Origin: a virus
Lineage: Duplodnaviria > Caudoviricetes
Virus record (IMG/VR): IMGVR_UViG_3300027863_000050
Coordinates: 1 to 51,192 of that record
Length of the DNA stretch: 51,192 bases
Reading direction: 5' to 3' (one strand)
The position numbers and the translations under genes were made by a program. Shown piece by piece: positions 16,849-25,723 of this stretch; the first letter of the stretch is position 1; every line of letters begins with the position of its first letter. The notes below the pieces were generated by a model. It saw only the letters and a list, made by a program, of their open reading frames with translations. It did no database searches and was not told the origin of the DNA.

Positions 16849-17612
16849 TGTTCGGATCCTCCTCTGGCCGCATTGAGAAGTGTTTCACGTTGTTCCGCCG
16901 TGAGTTCCAGCGTTGTATCGAGCGCGATTTGGTATTGCCATTCGGGCGTAGCCCGTAGGGCTAACGTGAATCGCTGTTCGGGGGTCAGGCCTGAAGACGT
17001 GTCCGAGGCGATTGCGCCGCACCAATAGGGTGCGGAGTTTTGGGCCAGCTCGAATCGCTGGGTCGGGGTTAGCTCTGGGTTGTTGCAGGCTAGTTCGCCT
17101 CGCCAATACGGGTGACCTTGGCGTGCCAGGTCGACGCGTTGCTCGAGGGTGAGGTCTGGCGCTTGGCAGGCAATCCTTCCCATCCAGTAAGGGTCAGATT
17201 GGCGTGCCAACTCGAGGCGCTCTTCTGCGCTTAGGCCTGGCGCTTGGTAGGCAATCATTCCTCGCCAGTAAGGGTCAGATTGGCGTGCCAAGTCGACGCG
17301 CTCTCGTGGCGTGAGTTTTGGTGAGTAGCAGACGACTTCTCCCCGCAGCTCTGGTGTTATGCGATCTGGGCAGTCTGGAATGACCCTAACGCGCCGGAAG
17401 CAGACTACGCCTTCGGGCGCCTTAGCTCCGGTTGGCTGTTCGCAATCCAGATATACCAGCAGTTTGCCCGCTTTAGCACCAGAGAGGCCGCCGGTGACGG
17501 CGACGTAGGCGCCGTTTCCAGGTACGATGTTCCATTTGCCGGACAGGTCGTATTTGTACTCGCCGTTTAGCGACGTGCCGTCGGGTTGGAGCAACTTACA
17601 GCCGACCATCAT
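16845..17612 (-). CDS. Helical tandem-repeat protein
   Basis: About six ~27-aa repeats L(T/S)xE(E/Q)RxxLAxQSxPYWxGxIA. Confidence 0.75.
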   Translation of the reverse strand: MMVGCKLLQPDGTSLNGEYKYDLSGKWNIVPGNGAYVAVTGGLSGAKAGKLLVYLDCEQPTGAKAPEGVVCFRRVRVIPDCPDRITPELRGEVVCYSPKLTPRERVDLARQSDPYWRGMIAYQAPGLSAEERLELARQSDPYWMGRIACQAPDLTLEQRVDLARQGHPYWRGELACNNPELTPTQRFELAQNSAPYWCGAIASDTSSGLTPEQRFTLALRATPEWQYQIALDTTLELTAEQRETLLNAARGGSEQ

Positions 17613-17841
17613 GGTTAATCCTCCTCTCGATATTGTCGAGTCGTTTTTCGAGGTTATCGTGCAGCTCGAAGATGCTTATCGCTAGCGAATCGATGGCGCC
17701 AACTAGCGCTCCGTAGAGCATGCACGCCTCTCCGATCATTTGGCCGCTCATGGTGGTTGCGTATCCGAACACGAAACCCCCAATGAAACACCACGCCAAA
17801 TCGATCAACATGCGTCGTCGCAGTGGCCGCATATCCGTCAT
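17596..17841 (-). CDS. Small membrane protein
   Basis: Two hydrophobic segments plus coiled-coil tail; GGAGG RBS. Confidence 0.6.
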   Translation of the reverse strand: MTDMRPLRRRMLIDLAWCFIGGFVFGYATTMSGQMIGEACMLYGALVGAIDSLAISIFELHDNLEKRLDNIERRINHDGRL

Positions 17842-17925
17842 AAGGCCTCCATTACGGCCGCCAGCGCCAGTCGAGCGCGACGATGACGATAGCGGCCGCG
17901 ATGATGTATCCGAGAATCGCGGCGG

Positions 17926-18111
17926 TCATATGTAATCGTCCTTTCGCACGGCGGGATTGCCGGCGGCCATCCTCGCGAGTGCAAGGCGGACCAGGTCCGT
18001 GATGAAATCCTGGATGGTCTTGTTCTGTTGTACCGCGAACAACTTGAGCGCCCGCCGCTCTTCCGGCGAGAGCTCCAAGTACGGACGGTAAATGGTATAA
18101 TTTCGTTTCAT
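17926..18111 (-). CDS. Ribbon-helix-helix (CopG/Arc-like) DNA-binding protein
   Basis: YLELSPEERRALKLFAVQQNKTIQDFITDLV pattern; AGGAG RBS. Confidence 0.6.
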   Translation of the reverse strand: MKRNYTIYRPYLELSPEERRALKLFAVQQNKTIQDFITDLVRLALARMAAGNPAVRKDDYI

Positions 18112-18144
18112 TGTGTCTCCTGTATCTCGGCTCGGACGGCCGGG

Positions 18145-18483
18145 CTATCCGATTCCTACCTGGAGGTCTACGCGGCCGCTGTCGTAGACGATCGCGTAGA
18201 GTAAGCCAACGAAACCGCCTAGCACGCCAGGGAAATAAGCGCGCGCCTCGTCGAGGTCGAGCAGGCGCGCCGACTCGACACGTCCTGATGGCCACGTGAC
18301 GGTCATCGGCTGGCCGCGTAGCGTCGCCTCGTGGCGGATCCATGCGACGCACCGGGCGATCTCGCGCCCTGCGCGCTCGATTCCCTCCGGCTCTCGCTCC
18401 CATAGATCGATGATCGCGCGATCGGCTGCCTCTCGCTCCGCGTCCGTGAGTGATGCACGGCTCAGTATGTCGTTTATGTTCAT
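18145..18483 (-). CDS. Hypothetical protein
   Basis: AGGAGG RBS directly after a repeated hairpin. Confidence 0.65.
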   Translation of the reverse strand: MNINDILSRASLTDAEREAADRAIIDLWEREPEGIERAGREIARCVAWIRHEATLRGQPMTVTWPSGRVESARLLDLDEARAYFPGVLGGFVGLLYAIVYDSGRVDLQVGIG

Positions 18484-18535
18484 GTTCGTAGCCTCCTGCC
18501 CGGCCCGGTCGTCCGGGCCGGGTTAGATTAGTTCG

Positions 18536-19108
18536 TTAGCTCCGGGGTTCAGGGACGTCGGCGATGCCGTCGCGGAAAGCGGCCCAGATCGGGTGTTGGT
18601 TCTTGAAATAGACCCGCGGGATTTGTGTGACGCCGTAGCGGCCGAGGATTTGGCGCAGAGCGTCAATGTCGCCATCGTGGGGGATCGTGACGTGCCGCTC
18701 GTAGGCCTGCCGGGCGCACGCCGCACCGAGCGCCCGGACGTCTGCTAGGAGCCGTTGGCGCGTCGACTGCGAGAGCCGCTCGTACTCATGGATGTACTCC
18801 GGATGCGTGTATTCGATCAGGACTGACTCGATTCCGGCCCGGAATGAGTCGAGGATCATCAGATGGTCGGGATCGATCAGTCCAAACTCCTTGCGGAGCT
18901 CCGTTAGGAGTTCGCGATAATCGTTCACGGTGCCGTCCGGCGGGTAGTCTGGACCGCCGCGTCGTGCGCATGCCTCGCCGTGAGCGCAGGCGACCGTCAT
19001 CCAGGTCTCCTGGCGATCTGGATCGTCGTCGTATCTGGCGGGCGTCACCGGCTCGCGGAGCCGTTTCAGCCGATCCCGTGTGTGCTTACCGTAGCGTCCC
19101 ATCGTCAT
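18536..19108 (-). CDS. Hypothetical protein
   Basis: 190 aa; N-terminal ~25 aa identical to the upstream gene. Confidence 0.6.
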   Translation of the reverse strand: MTMGRYGKHTRDRLKRLREPVTPARYDDDPDRQETWMTVACAHGEACARRGGPDYPPDGTVNDYRELLTELRKEFGLIDPDHLMILDSFRAGIESVLIEYTHPEYIHEYERLSQSTRQRLLADVRALGAACARQAYERHVTIPHDGDIDALRQILGRYGVTQIPRVYFKNQHPIWAAFRDGIADVPEPRS

Positions 19109-19461
19109 GGTCTCCCCTGTTTAGACTCGTAGCAGTCCCCGACGCAGGCCATCACGCTCACGACCGCGCTCCCCCCTCCCCGGCGCGTCAGGCTGGCGCG
19201 GTGATAGAGACAGATCTCCCGAAAGACACTGGGGGGGAGCGAGTACCGGCTGGAGAGATACATGGCCGCAAGCTCGATGGATGGCGCTATCATCTCGCTG
19301 CGCTGTCCGCAGCTGTCTGCGTAGAACGCATGATAGTGCGGTTGTGGCGCGTGTCCCACTGTCGCTACTCCCGCCGCGCCAAGGGCATCGTATCTGGCGG
19401 GCGTCACCGGCTCGCGGAGCCGTTTCAGCCGATCCCGTGTGTGCTTACCGTAGCGTCCCAT
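19029..19461. repeat. 74-bp exact direct repeat
   Basis: 19029-19102 = 19388-19461, encoding MGRYGKHTRDRLKRLREPVTPARY. Confidence 0.92.
19105..19461 (-). CDS. Hypothetical protein
   Basis: AGGAGG RBS after hairpin; shares N-terminus with next gene. Confidence 0.55.
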   Translation of the reverse strand: MGRYGKHTRDRLKRLREPVTPARYDALGAAGVATVGHAPQPHYHAFYADSCGQRSEMIAPSIELAAMYLSSRYSLPPSVFREICLYHRASLTRRGGGSAVVSVMACVGDCYESKQGRP

Positions 19462-19525
19462 TTTTTTTGCCTCCTACCCCGGCCCGGCTAACCGGGCCGG
19501 GGGTTTGGATTTGTGTTCTGCGTTT

Positions 19526-19924
19526 CTAGTTGGTGTTGTGGCCAAGGCCGGATTCGAGAATTCCGTTTCGTACGTAAGAGCGTACGTAGCGCTTTCGTTT
19601 TGGATGCTGAAGGTAGCCTTCTAGCCTTCTATGCGTAGCGCGTCCCGTATAAATAGGTCGAATGTTTCCGTCAATCGAAACCGTGGTGCTTCGCGCGCGC
19701 ATATTGCCTACAAACATCGGCAAGGGTTCGCCATTGGTTCCGAAGGTTCCGTATGCGACATGGTGACCGGCAAGGTTCGCATGGTCCAAGGCTAAATCTT
19801 CTGGCGTCGCGTCGTTCGCGGGATACCAACTGCTTTCCCAGCCGCAACATTCGCAAGCGGCTCGAATCTCCCATGGCGCATTCTCGGTTCGATGGAAATT
19901 GCGATATTGTTCCACGGTTTTCAT
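19526..19924 (-). CDS. Hypothetical protein with CECC motif
   Basis: AGGAGG RBS after hairpin. Confidence 0.65.
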   Translation of the reverse strand: MKTVEQYRNFHRTENAPWEIRAACECCGWESSWYPANDATPEDLALDHANLAGHHVAYGTFGTNGEPLPMFVGNMRARSTTVSIDGNIRPIYTGRATHRRLEGYLQHPKRKRYVRSYVRNGILESGLGHNTN

Positions 19925-19977
19925 ATCATCCTCCTATCCCGGCCCGGTCTCCCGGGCCGGGGTTGTGGTGTGTTCCG

Positions 19978-20217
19978 CTATTCGTCCGCCTCCGCCTCAG
20001 GCTCGCGCCACGTGTGCCAGCCGGTCCAGACGTCGTCGTCACTGCCTACGGCGACGGCCCCCTGGGCGGCGTTGACCAGATCCGCTTCGCTGTAGCACAG
20101 GCCGAGCCGGAGCTCGCCGCCGTGGCCCCTCGGTCCCTCCAGCCAGTAGACGCCAGGGCCGCTGTAGTCGATCTCGATCTCACTAAATGCCTGCATTTTT
20201 CGCTCACTCATCGCCAT
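19978..20217 (-). CDS. Hypothetical acidic protein
   Basis: AGGAGG RBS after hairpin. Confidence 0.65.
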   Translation of the reverse strand: MAMSERKMQAFSEIEIDYSGPGVYWLEGPRGHGGELRLGLCYSEADLVNAAQGAVAVGSDDDVWTGWHTWREPEAEADE

Positions 20218-20391
20218 CTCTCTGTCCTCCTATCTCCCGGCCCGGTCTCCGGGCCGGGGTTGTGTGTTTCCGCTACTCCTAGTGCCTGCTGCGCCTCAGC
20301 CGCGGCCTGCGCGTGATCGGGTCCGGCTCGATGAGCACGTCCACTACAATCATGATGACAATGAATGCAAACAAAACCACTGCCATGTCAC

Positions 20392-20679
20392 CTACCTACC
20401 CTTCGCTATCTCCACGACAGCGCAGATTTTGTCGATCGTTCGGTTTTCGTGGAGGTGATAGTTGGCAGTTTTGGCGCCGGCATAGGTCCTCGGCTCCCTG
20501 ATGGTGCCGTCAGCCAGGACCTCGAGAATCGCGCCGCGGCCGGCGTTCCAGTGCCTTCCGCCATTTAGGCTGATCAGCTCCACGTAGATCCGTTCTTTCC
20601 CTGGTACGCGCGCCCAAGCGTGCGCAGACTGGACGCCCTCGATTTTCGATATCTCTTCGCTTAGCTTTTCCAGGTCCAT
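20392..20679 (-). CDS. Hypothetical protein
   Basis: GGAGGTG RBS before MDLEKL. Confidence 0.6.
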   Translation of the reverse strand: MDLEKLSEEISKIEGVQSAHAWARVPGKERIYVELISLNGGRHWNAGRGAILEVLADGTIREPRTYAGAKTANYHLHENRTIDKICAVVEIAKGR

Positions 20680-20701
20680 CGCTTCACCTCCGTCCGCTTT
20701 C

Positions 20702-20968
20702 TCACCGCGCCTCGACAAAGCGCGTCAGATCACCTAGCGCGCGAAGGGACAGACGACGCCGGACCCTGTTCTGGCGTGCCGCCTCGACGCACGCGTCTCG
20801 CAGATCGCGCAGTTTCAGGACTGGCCTGCGGTCGCGGGCGGGCGCTAGCATTACCGTCGACCAGGCGATCCACCTTATGTCGCCGCGGCCGAGGCTCCTG
20901 CACGCCGAGTGAAAGAGCGCGACGGCTCGATCGTCGTAGGCTCCGTTCCAACCGTCCTCGATTATCAT
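20702..20968 (-). CDS. Hypothetical protein (first leftward gene)
   Basis: AGGAGGAG RBS. Confidence 0.55.
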   Translation of the reverse strand: MIIEDGWNGAYDDRAVALFHSACRSLGRGDIRWIAWSTVMLAPARDRRPVLKLRDLRDACVEAARQNRVRRRLSLRALGDLTRFVEAR

Positions 20969-21021
20969 GTCTCCTCCTATCTGAGCCCAGCCTATCTGGG
21001 CTATCTAGGCTATAATAGGTA

Positions 21022-21998
21022 GCACACATCATGCCAACCACGGCCGCGCTCAGGTACTCGGCCGCAATCGACCTCACATCTCCCAAAAAACCTAGTAAAT
21101 ACAAGGATCTCCGCGCGGCCCTAGCCGCGCGGATAGAAAGAGAAGAAAAAACAAAGTATACGAAATGGGGTAAATCTACCTAACGTTCGTTAGATTGCGT
21201 CGAAATTCTTCAACGAAATCAACCACTTAGCGACACTACCCCAAATGGGTTACTCGATACACCATTTGGGTTAACTTACCAACCGTTCGGTAGGTATTTG
21301 GTGGGTGCAGTAAACTTACTGCGGCGAAGCTGCAAAATTTGCCGGCAAAATTTGCCGAGGCTGCAAAAATTGCCGATTTGGCGCAAGAAGTATGCCAACG
21401 GCCGGAAAGGCTGGCACAAGGCTTGCTAATAGCAATTCTGCGGCCGAAAATCTGGCACAGAGCTTGCTATGTGTTGCAAAATGCCACATGTGGCGCCACA
21501 TGTGGCAAAGTGCCACAAAGCGAACATACAGCGAAAATGCGAGCGCGGTTTGGCACAGAGCTTGCTGCGGCCGAAAATCTGGCATGATGTTTGCTACGGC
21601 CGCGACTTGGCATGATGTTTGCTACGCGCGCGGATCTATATATATGATGCGGCCGCGCCTCGACCTCGAGGCGAATACGGACAAAATCACGGACAAACGC
21701 GGCCTCATGCGGCCGCAAACCCTTGATTTTACGCGGTTTTTTCCTCGAGAACGTCTGAATGCTAATCAGACGGTCCGCGGCGCGCCTGGTACGTATCTTG
21801 CAATAGCACGCGCGATGCCATGGCCCGCTGGCACAGCTTTTGCTAGCTGGCCGTGACCATGGCCCGCTCGCAAGAATTGTGCCAACCAGGCTACCATGAC
21901 CCGCTCGCAAGAATTGTGCCAGGCCTCAAGGAATGCTTTGTGCTATTGCAAACTCCATGCCAAGCCAGGATTGCGGCCGTCATGCAAGAAGCGTGCCA
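21022..21998. promoter_or_regulatory. Cluster of sigma54 (-24/-12) consensus motifs
   Basis: TGG(C/T)A(C/T)-N5-TTGC on + at 21412, 21453, 21551, 21580, 21608, 21787, 21829 and on - at 21383, 21870, 21907, 21948, 21984; weaker - copies at 21022 and 21806. Confidence 0.8.
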
Positions 21999-22166
21999 CA
22001 AAAGTCCGAGCCGGGGTGGGTGGCCGCGCGCGCTCGAAAAATCACGCTGGGCCAACGCAGCCTCCGCCTTCCCCCTAGCGTATCTACGCAATGGTATTGC
22101 GTATATACGGATGTTGTGGTAGGGGTGGTGGGGATGCGGCCCGGAATTTGCGACGGGGCAAGTACT

Positions 22167-22430
22167 ATGACACGGACGGTAGATCTTTGGGTGACGCTGA
22201 GGCTTCATGCAGTGATCCACAAGGAAGACGACGGTTACCGGGTAGAGGTGCCTGCGCTACCTTGCTGCGCGGCGCAAGGTGCAACCCTCGGCGAGCTGTT
22301 CCTGAATCTGGACGAGATGATCATGAAGCATAGGTCGCATTTCCCGGGTGGATTGGTATTCGCTACAATGCCGGCGAGCTGGCCATGCTTCCAAGGGGCT
22401 CGCTGTGAAAACGATGCGGCTAAGCGATGA
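22167..22430 (+). CDS. HicB-like antitoxin-family protein
   Basis: AVIHKEDDGYRVEVPALPCCAAQGATLGEL motif. Confidence 0.7.
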   Translation: MTRTVDLWVTLRLHAVIHKEDDGYRVEVPALPCCAAQGATLGELFLNLDEMIMKHRSHFPGGLVFATMPASWPCFQGARCENDAAKR

Positions 22431-22467
22431 CCGGCATGGCGGTTAGGGTGGACGCGGAGCAGACGTT

Positions 22468-22656
22468 ATGGACAAAACGGTAAGGCTTTTGATTACGTTG
22501 AAGCTCGACGCGGTGATCCACGGCGAAGACGGCGGCTGGTGGGCCGAAGTGCCCGCGATACCTGGTTGCGCGAGCCAAGGCGCGACGCTTAATGAGCTGC
22601 TCGCGAACTTGGACCAGGCAATTAAGGGATGTTTAGGTTGCGAGGCCAAGGACTAA
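22468..22656 (+). CDS. HicB-like antitoxin-family protein
   Basis: AVIHGEDGGWWAEVPAIPGCASQGATLNELLANLDQAI motif. Confidence 0.82.
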   Translation: MDKTVRLLITLKLDAVIHGEDGGWWAEVPAIPGCASQGATLNELLANLDQAIKGCLGCEAKD

Positions 22657-22826
22657 GATGAGTAATTTTTTTCGCGAGCTCTATGGGTTGAATGCGCTTA
22701 TCGACCAGTTTGTGGGCGATCCCGCGCCACGGCCGGGCGACTTTGACGATACGGACTGGCGGCGGGGGTACGACCTGCCGGATGATCCGTACGAGTATCT
22801 CAATCAACTAGATGGGGTGACCAAGT

Positions 22827-23159
22827 ATGCCAGATGACGAGTACGTAACAGCGATTATTCCTGCGGAGCCCGGTTGGAGAATAGTTAAGCCGCTTAAAGG
22901 CGGGAGCGGGAAAGTCGTCGGGCTTTCAGACGAGACGCTTGTTGTGGCCTGGTGTGTTAGAGTTACGATAAGCGGCCGCACTGGGGAAGAGTTTTCGTTT
23001 GCACGACCTATCGCAGCTACGCTAGCTTTGCGGTCAAGCGATGACCTGGTTCTGCGAGACCCAAAAGGGAACTTTCATGTTCCGCTGGTTCTAGGGGGAA
23101 TCTCATACGAAAGTGTTATCAACCATTTTAACTTAGAGAGGGTGAAATGCGGCGACTAA
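22827..23159 (+). CDS. Hypothetical protein
   Basis: 110-aa ORF, IIPAEPGWR N-terminus. Confidence 0.55.
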   Translation: MPDDEYVTAIIPAEPGWRIVKPLKGGSGKVVGLSDETLVVAWCVRVTISGRTGEEFSFARPIAATLALRSSDDLVLRDPKGNFHVPLVLGGISYESVINHFNLERVKCGD

Positions 23160-23695
23160 TTGGACTGATTCTATTGGTGGGCCTATTGGCGGCTGGAACA
23201 GCGCGGGCGCAAAGTGTGGGCAATGCGAGTGCGGTTGGGACGCCTGGTTCGGCAGTTCCGCCTCAGGGGCTGTTTGTAGGTGGTACGGACGGCACGAATT
23301 TTCGGCCCCTATCGGTTAATCCGACCGGGGCACTGAACCTTAATACATCCGATCCCTGCCAAAACGGCGCGTATGCAAAATCGTCGATTCCGCTTGCTTT
23401 AACGGCCAGTTCTCAGTTAGTGACGGCTTCTGGTTCGACGAGCATTTTTGTTTGCGGTTTTGCGGCCACGGCGGCGGGCACCTCGCCGACGTTGCAATTC
23501 GTGTATGGGACTGGCACAACGTGCGGAACGGGCACGGTCAACTTGACCGGCGCGTTTGCACCCACGTCGGGGACGGAACTTCGAGCGGGCGGCGCGATAA
23601 CTCAATTTTCGGTTCCGTCCGGGAACAATCTTTGCGCGATTGTGGGCGGCACGTCGCCTTCAATCCAGGGTTTCCTGACGTATGTCCAGCGGTAA
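23147..23695 (+). CDS. Signal-peptide-bearing beta-rich protein
   Basis: MRRLIGLILLVGLLAAGTARA signal; Gly/Thr/Ser-rich with four Cys. Confidence 0.7.
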   Translation: MRRLIGLILLVGLLAAGTARAQSVGNASAVGTPGSAVPPQGLFVGGTDGTNFRPLSVNPTGALNLNTSDPCQNGAYAKSSIPLALTASSQLVTASGSTSIFVCGFAATAAGTSPTLQFVYGTGTTCGTGTVNLTGAFAPTSGTELRAGGAITQFSVPSGNNLCAIVGGTSPSIQGFLTYVQR

Positions 23696-23972
23696 GCTTC
23701 CGCGTACCTGCACGCAATGCAGCAAGGAGTTCTACTCGGCTATTCAACGGCGCGGGCACGGGACGTTTTGTTCGGACAGGTGTCGGAGCCGTTGGCATAG
23801 TCGCCGCCAGCAGGAGCACCTATGGCTGTTGATACAGCTGGTTGGGGAGCTGTGGCAGTATCGGCCGGCGGGGTTTGTATTTCGGCCTGAGCCATTTGAG
23901 GAGGGAAGGTTTCATGCGGCTCGGATTGCATCCTGGGACTGGCTCCAAGCTACGCTTGCATCGCGCGGCTAG
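23682..23972 (+). CDS. Small zinc-finger protein
   Basis: CTQC...FCSDRC motif. Confidence 0.45.
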   Translation: MSSGKLPRTCTQCSKEFYSAIQRRGHGTFCSDRCRSRWHSRRQQEHLWLLIQLVGELWQYRPAGFVFRPEPFEEGRFHAARIASWDWLQATLASRG

Positions 23973-24403
23973 CTCGAAGGACCTACGCATAATCACGATG
24001 CACGTAGATGAGAGCGAAAAAATCGCGCGCTGGTATGTACGCCATGCTCACCCTGAGCAGCCGCTTGACATTTTGCGGCGGATACGTGGACCGGTGCGCG
24101 AAGGCAAACGTTGGGCGAAATGCCTGCTTTGTCTGGAAGCCATTGAAGTTGTTGACAAGGAGCCGGTATGGCCAAGCCAATCGAAGACCTTGGAACCGCG
24201 ACTGCGGACGAAAAGCCAACCCGCTGTCTGAGGTTTGGTTTACCGCCCGAAAATCGGGCCGTTTATGTGCGGCTCGATTCGGTGGTAACCGTGGCGGATG
24301 ATGTGCGCGGGGCATTTCTCTACCTTGCGGGCCGTGATGATCCGTTCCTGGTTACGGAATCTGCCGAGAAAGTCTTGTTGGCGCTCGGCTGGGAGGTCGC
24401 AAA

Positions 24404-24652
24404 TTGAGCGAGTCTTATCCGAATTCCGGAAGCCTGTTCCGCGAGGAACAGAAATCCAAACCCACTTCGCCTGACTACGGGGGAATGGCGAACATCGATT
24501 GCCCGCACTGCGCCCGTCGGATAGAACTGAGATTGTCGGCTTGGTTGAAGGTTGGACGTTCGGGCAAAAAATTCATGAGCCTGAGTTTTCGGCCGAAAAC
24601 CGCTGCGGCGCAAAAGGGTGCGCGTGACGATTATCGGGAGCCGCCGTTCTGA
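24404..24652 (+). CDS. Small phage protein (DUF736-like, possible ssDNA-binding)
   Basis: GSLFRE...PDYGG...LSAW...GKKFMSLSF and acidic PPF C-terminus. Confidence 0.6.
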   Translation: MSESYPNSGSLFREEQKSKPTSPDYGGMANIDCPHCARRIELRLSAWLKVGRSGKKFMSLSFRPKTAAAQKGARDDYREPPF

Positions 24653-24912
24653 TGCAAATCGATCTGCCACCGGAGCTTCACGGCCTGTATCTCGCTTTGC
24701 TTGCGATCGGACAGGTAATGCATGACGGCGCGCGGACGCATCCGTTTGATGACTGGAATGACCGACCTGCCGATTATCACATCGGCAAGGCGGTTCGGCA
24801 CATCCGGCTGCATAACGAGGGCGACGAATCGGAGCCGCATTTACGTCACGCGGCTACGCGCCTTCTGATGGCAATTGAATTGGCGGAGCGCAATTCTCCG
24901 CTGAGGAAGTAA
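24652..24912 (+). CDS. DUF5664-like (dATP/dGTP diphosphohydrolase-type) domain protein
   Basis: VMHDGA...W...AVRH...DESEPHLRHAATRLLM pattern. Confidence 0.55.
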   Translation: MQIDLPPELHGLYLALLAIGQVMHDGARTHPFDDWNDRPADYHIGKAVRHIRLHNEGDESEPHLRHAATRLLMAIELAERNSPLRK

Positions 24913-24913
24913 G

Positions 24914-25432
24914 ATGCCTCAATTTATTGACGGTCCGCCAATAACTCCGGGAACGGTTGCGGCTGCTGGCGTCCCCGCGCCCGGCTCAAAGGAAATCTTC
25001 ATCGATTCGAGCGCGGTTCGTTCGGCTTATTTTCAGCAGTTCGGCGTGCCGGATGTTGCGCCGAGCGAACCCGCAGACCCGGAACAGCCTGCCGTGCAGG
25101 AGGTGCGGACCGTTTCCGTGCCTGATGAGGCGATCCCGCCGGAGGTCATGGCAGCCATGCGGGCCGGGGTTGCTCCGAGCACTGGGGTTGCGACGCAGAT
25201 GGCCGCGCTTGCCCGCGCGCACCAGGGTCCGGTTCGCACACAGCCGGTGCCTCAGGCTGGCACCCCGCACTATTCCACACCTACCGCGCAAGCAGCTTCC
25301 TCGATGATTCTTCCGCTAGGCTCTGGCCTATCTGTTGAACTCCGTTTTATTGGCGGAGAACCGACGCCCGCGCATTGGCGCCGATTGCTCCGTCACCTGC
25401 AAATTGAGGCCGAATCCGGCGCAGATTCCTAG
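24914..25432 (+). CDS. Hypothetical Pro/Ala-rich protein
   Basis: 172-aa ORF in operon. Confidence 0.6.
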   Translation: MPQFIDGPPITPGTVAAAGVPAPGSKEIFIDSSAVRSAYFQQFGVPDVAPSEPADPEQPAVQEVRTVSVPDEAIPPEVMAAMRAGVAPSTGVATQMAALARAHQGPVRTQPVPQAGTPHYSTPTAQAASSMILPLGSGLSVELRFIGGEPTPAHWRRLLRHLQIEAESGADS

Positions 25433-25453
25433 AACGCCAATTCAAAACATCGG

Positions 25454-25482
25454 TTGACATTTTCCGCGTCTTGCCGTAAAAC
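25454..25482 (+). promoter_or_regulatory. Sigma70-type promoter upstream of the packaging genes
   Basis: TTGACA-17 bp-TAAAAC in an intergenic gap. Confidence 0.45.
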
Positions 25483-25723
25483 GCTGTTATTAGGCGTTGG
25501 CGGGATGCGGCGATGGAACTCCCCGTTTGCGAACAGTATGAGCGCGGACAGTGCGAGCGGAGCGAGGTAGTCCTGCTCTGCGAACATGGGACTGCGCAGT
25601 CTCCGTGGTATTGGACCTTCCAGTGTAAGCGGTGCCATACCTTGATGATTCGCTGGAACCCCGCCTTTGTCGCAGCCGCGAAAGAGAGACGCCTGGCTCA
25701 AGACATTGGAGAGGTGTTGACGG

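Larger units (their letters stand above)
18491..20258 (-). repeat. Four dispersed GC hairpin + RBS modules
   Basis: CCCGGCCCGG-N3/4-CCGGGCCGGG at 18499-18522, 19478-19501, 19938-19961, 20236-20258, each followed on the minus strand by AGGAGG and a start codon. Confidence 0.9.

Noticed and set aside
21316-22122. ORFs in the divergent region
   Set aside because: Overlapping repetitive translations (WH..C) of the DNA motif cluster; no RBS or protein-like features
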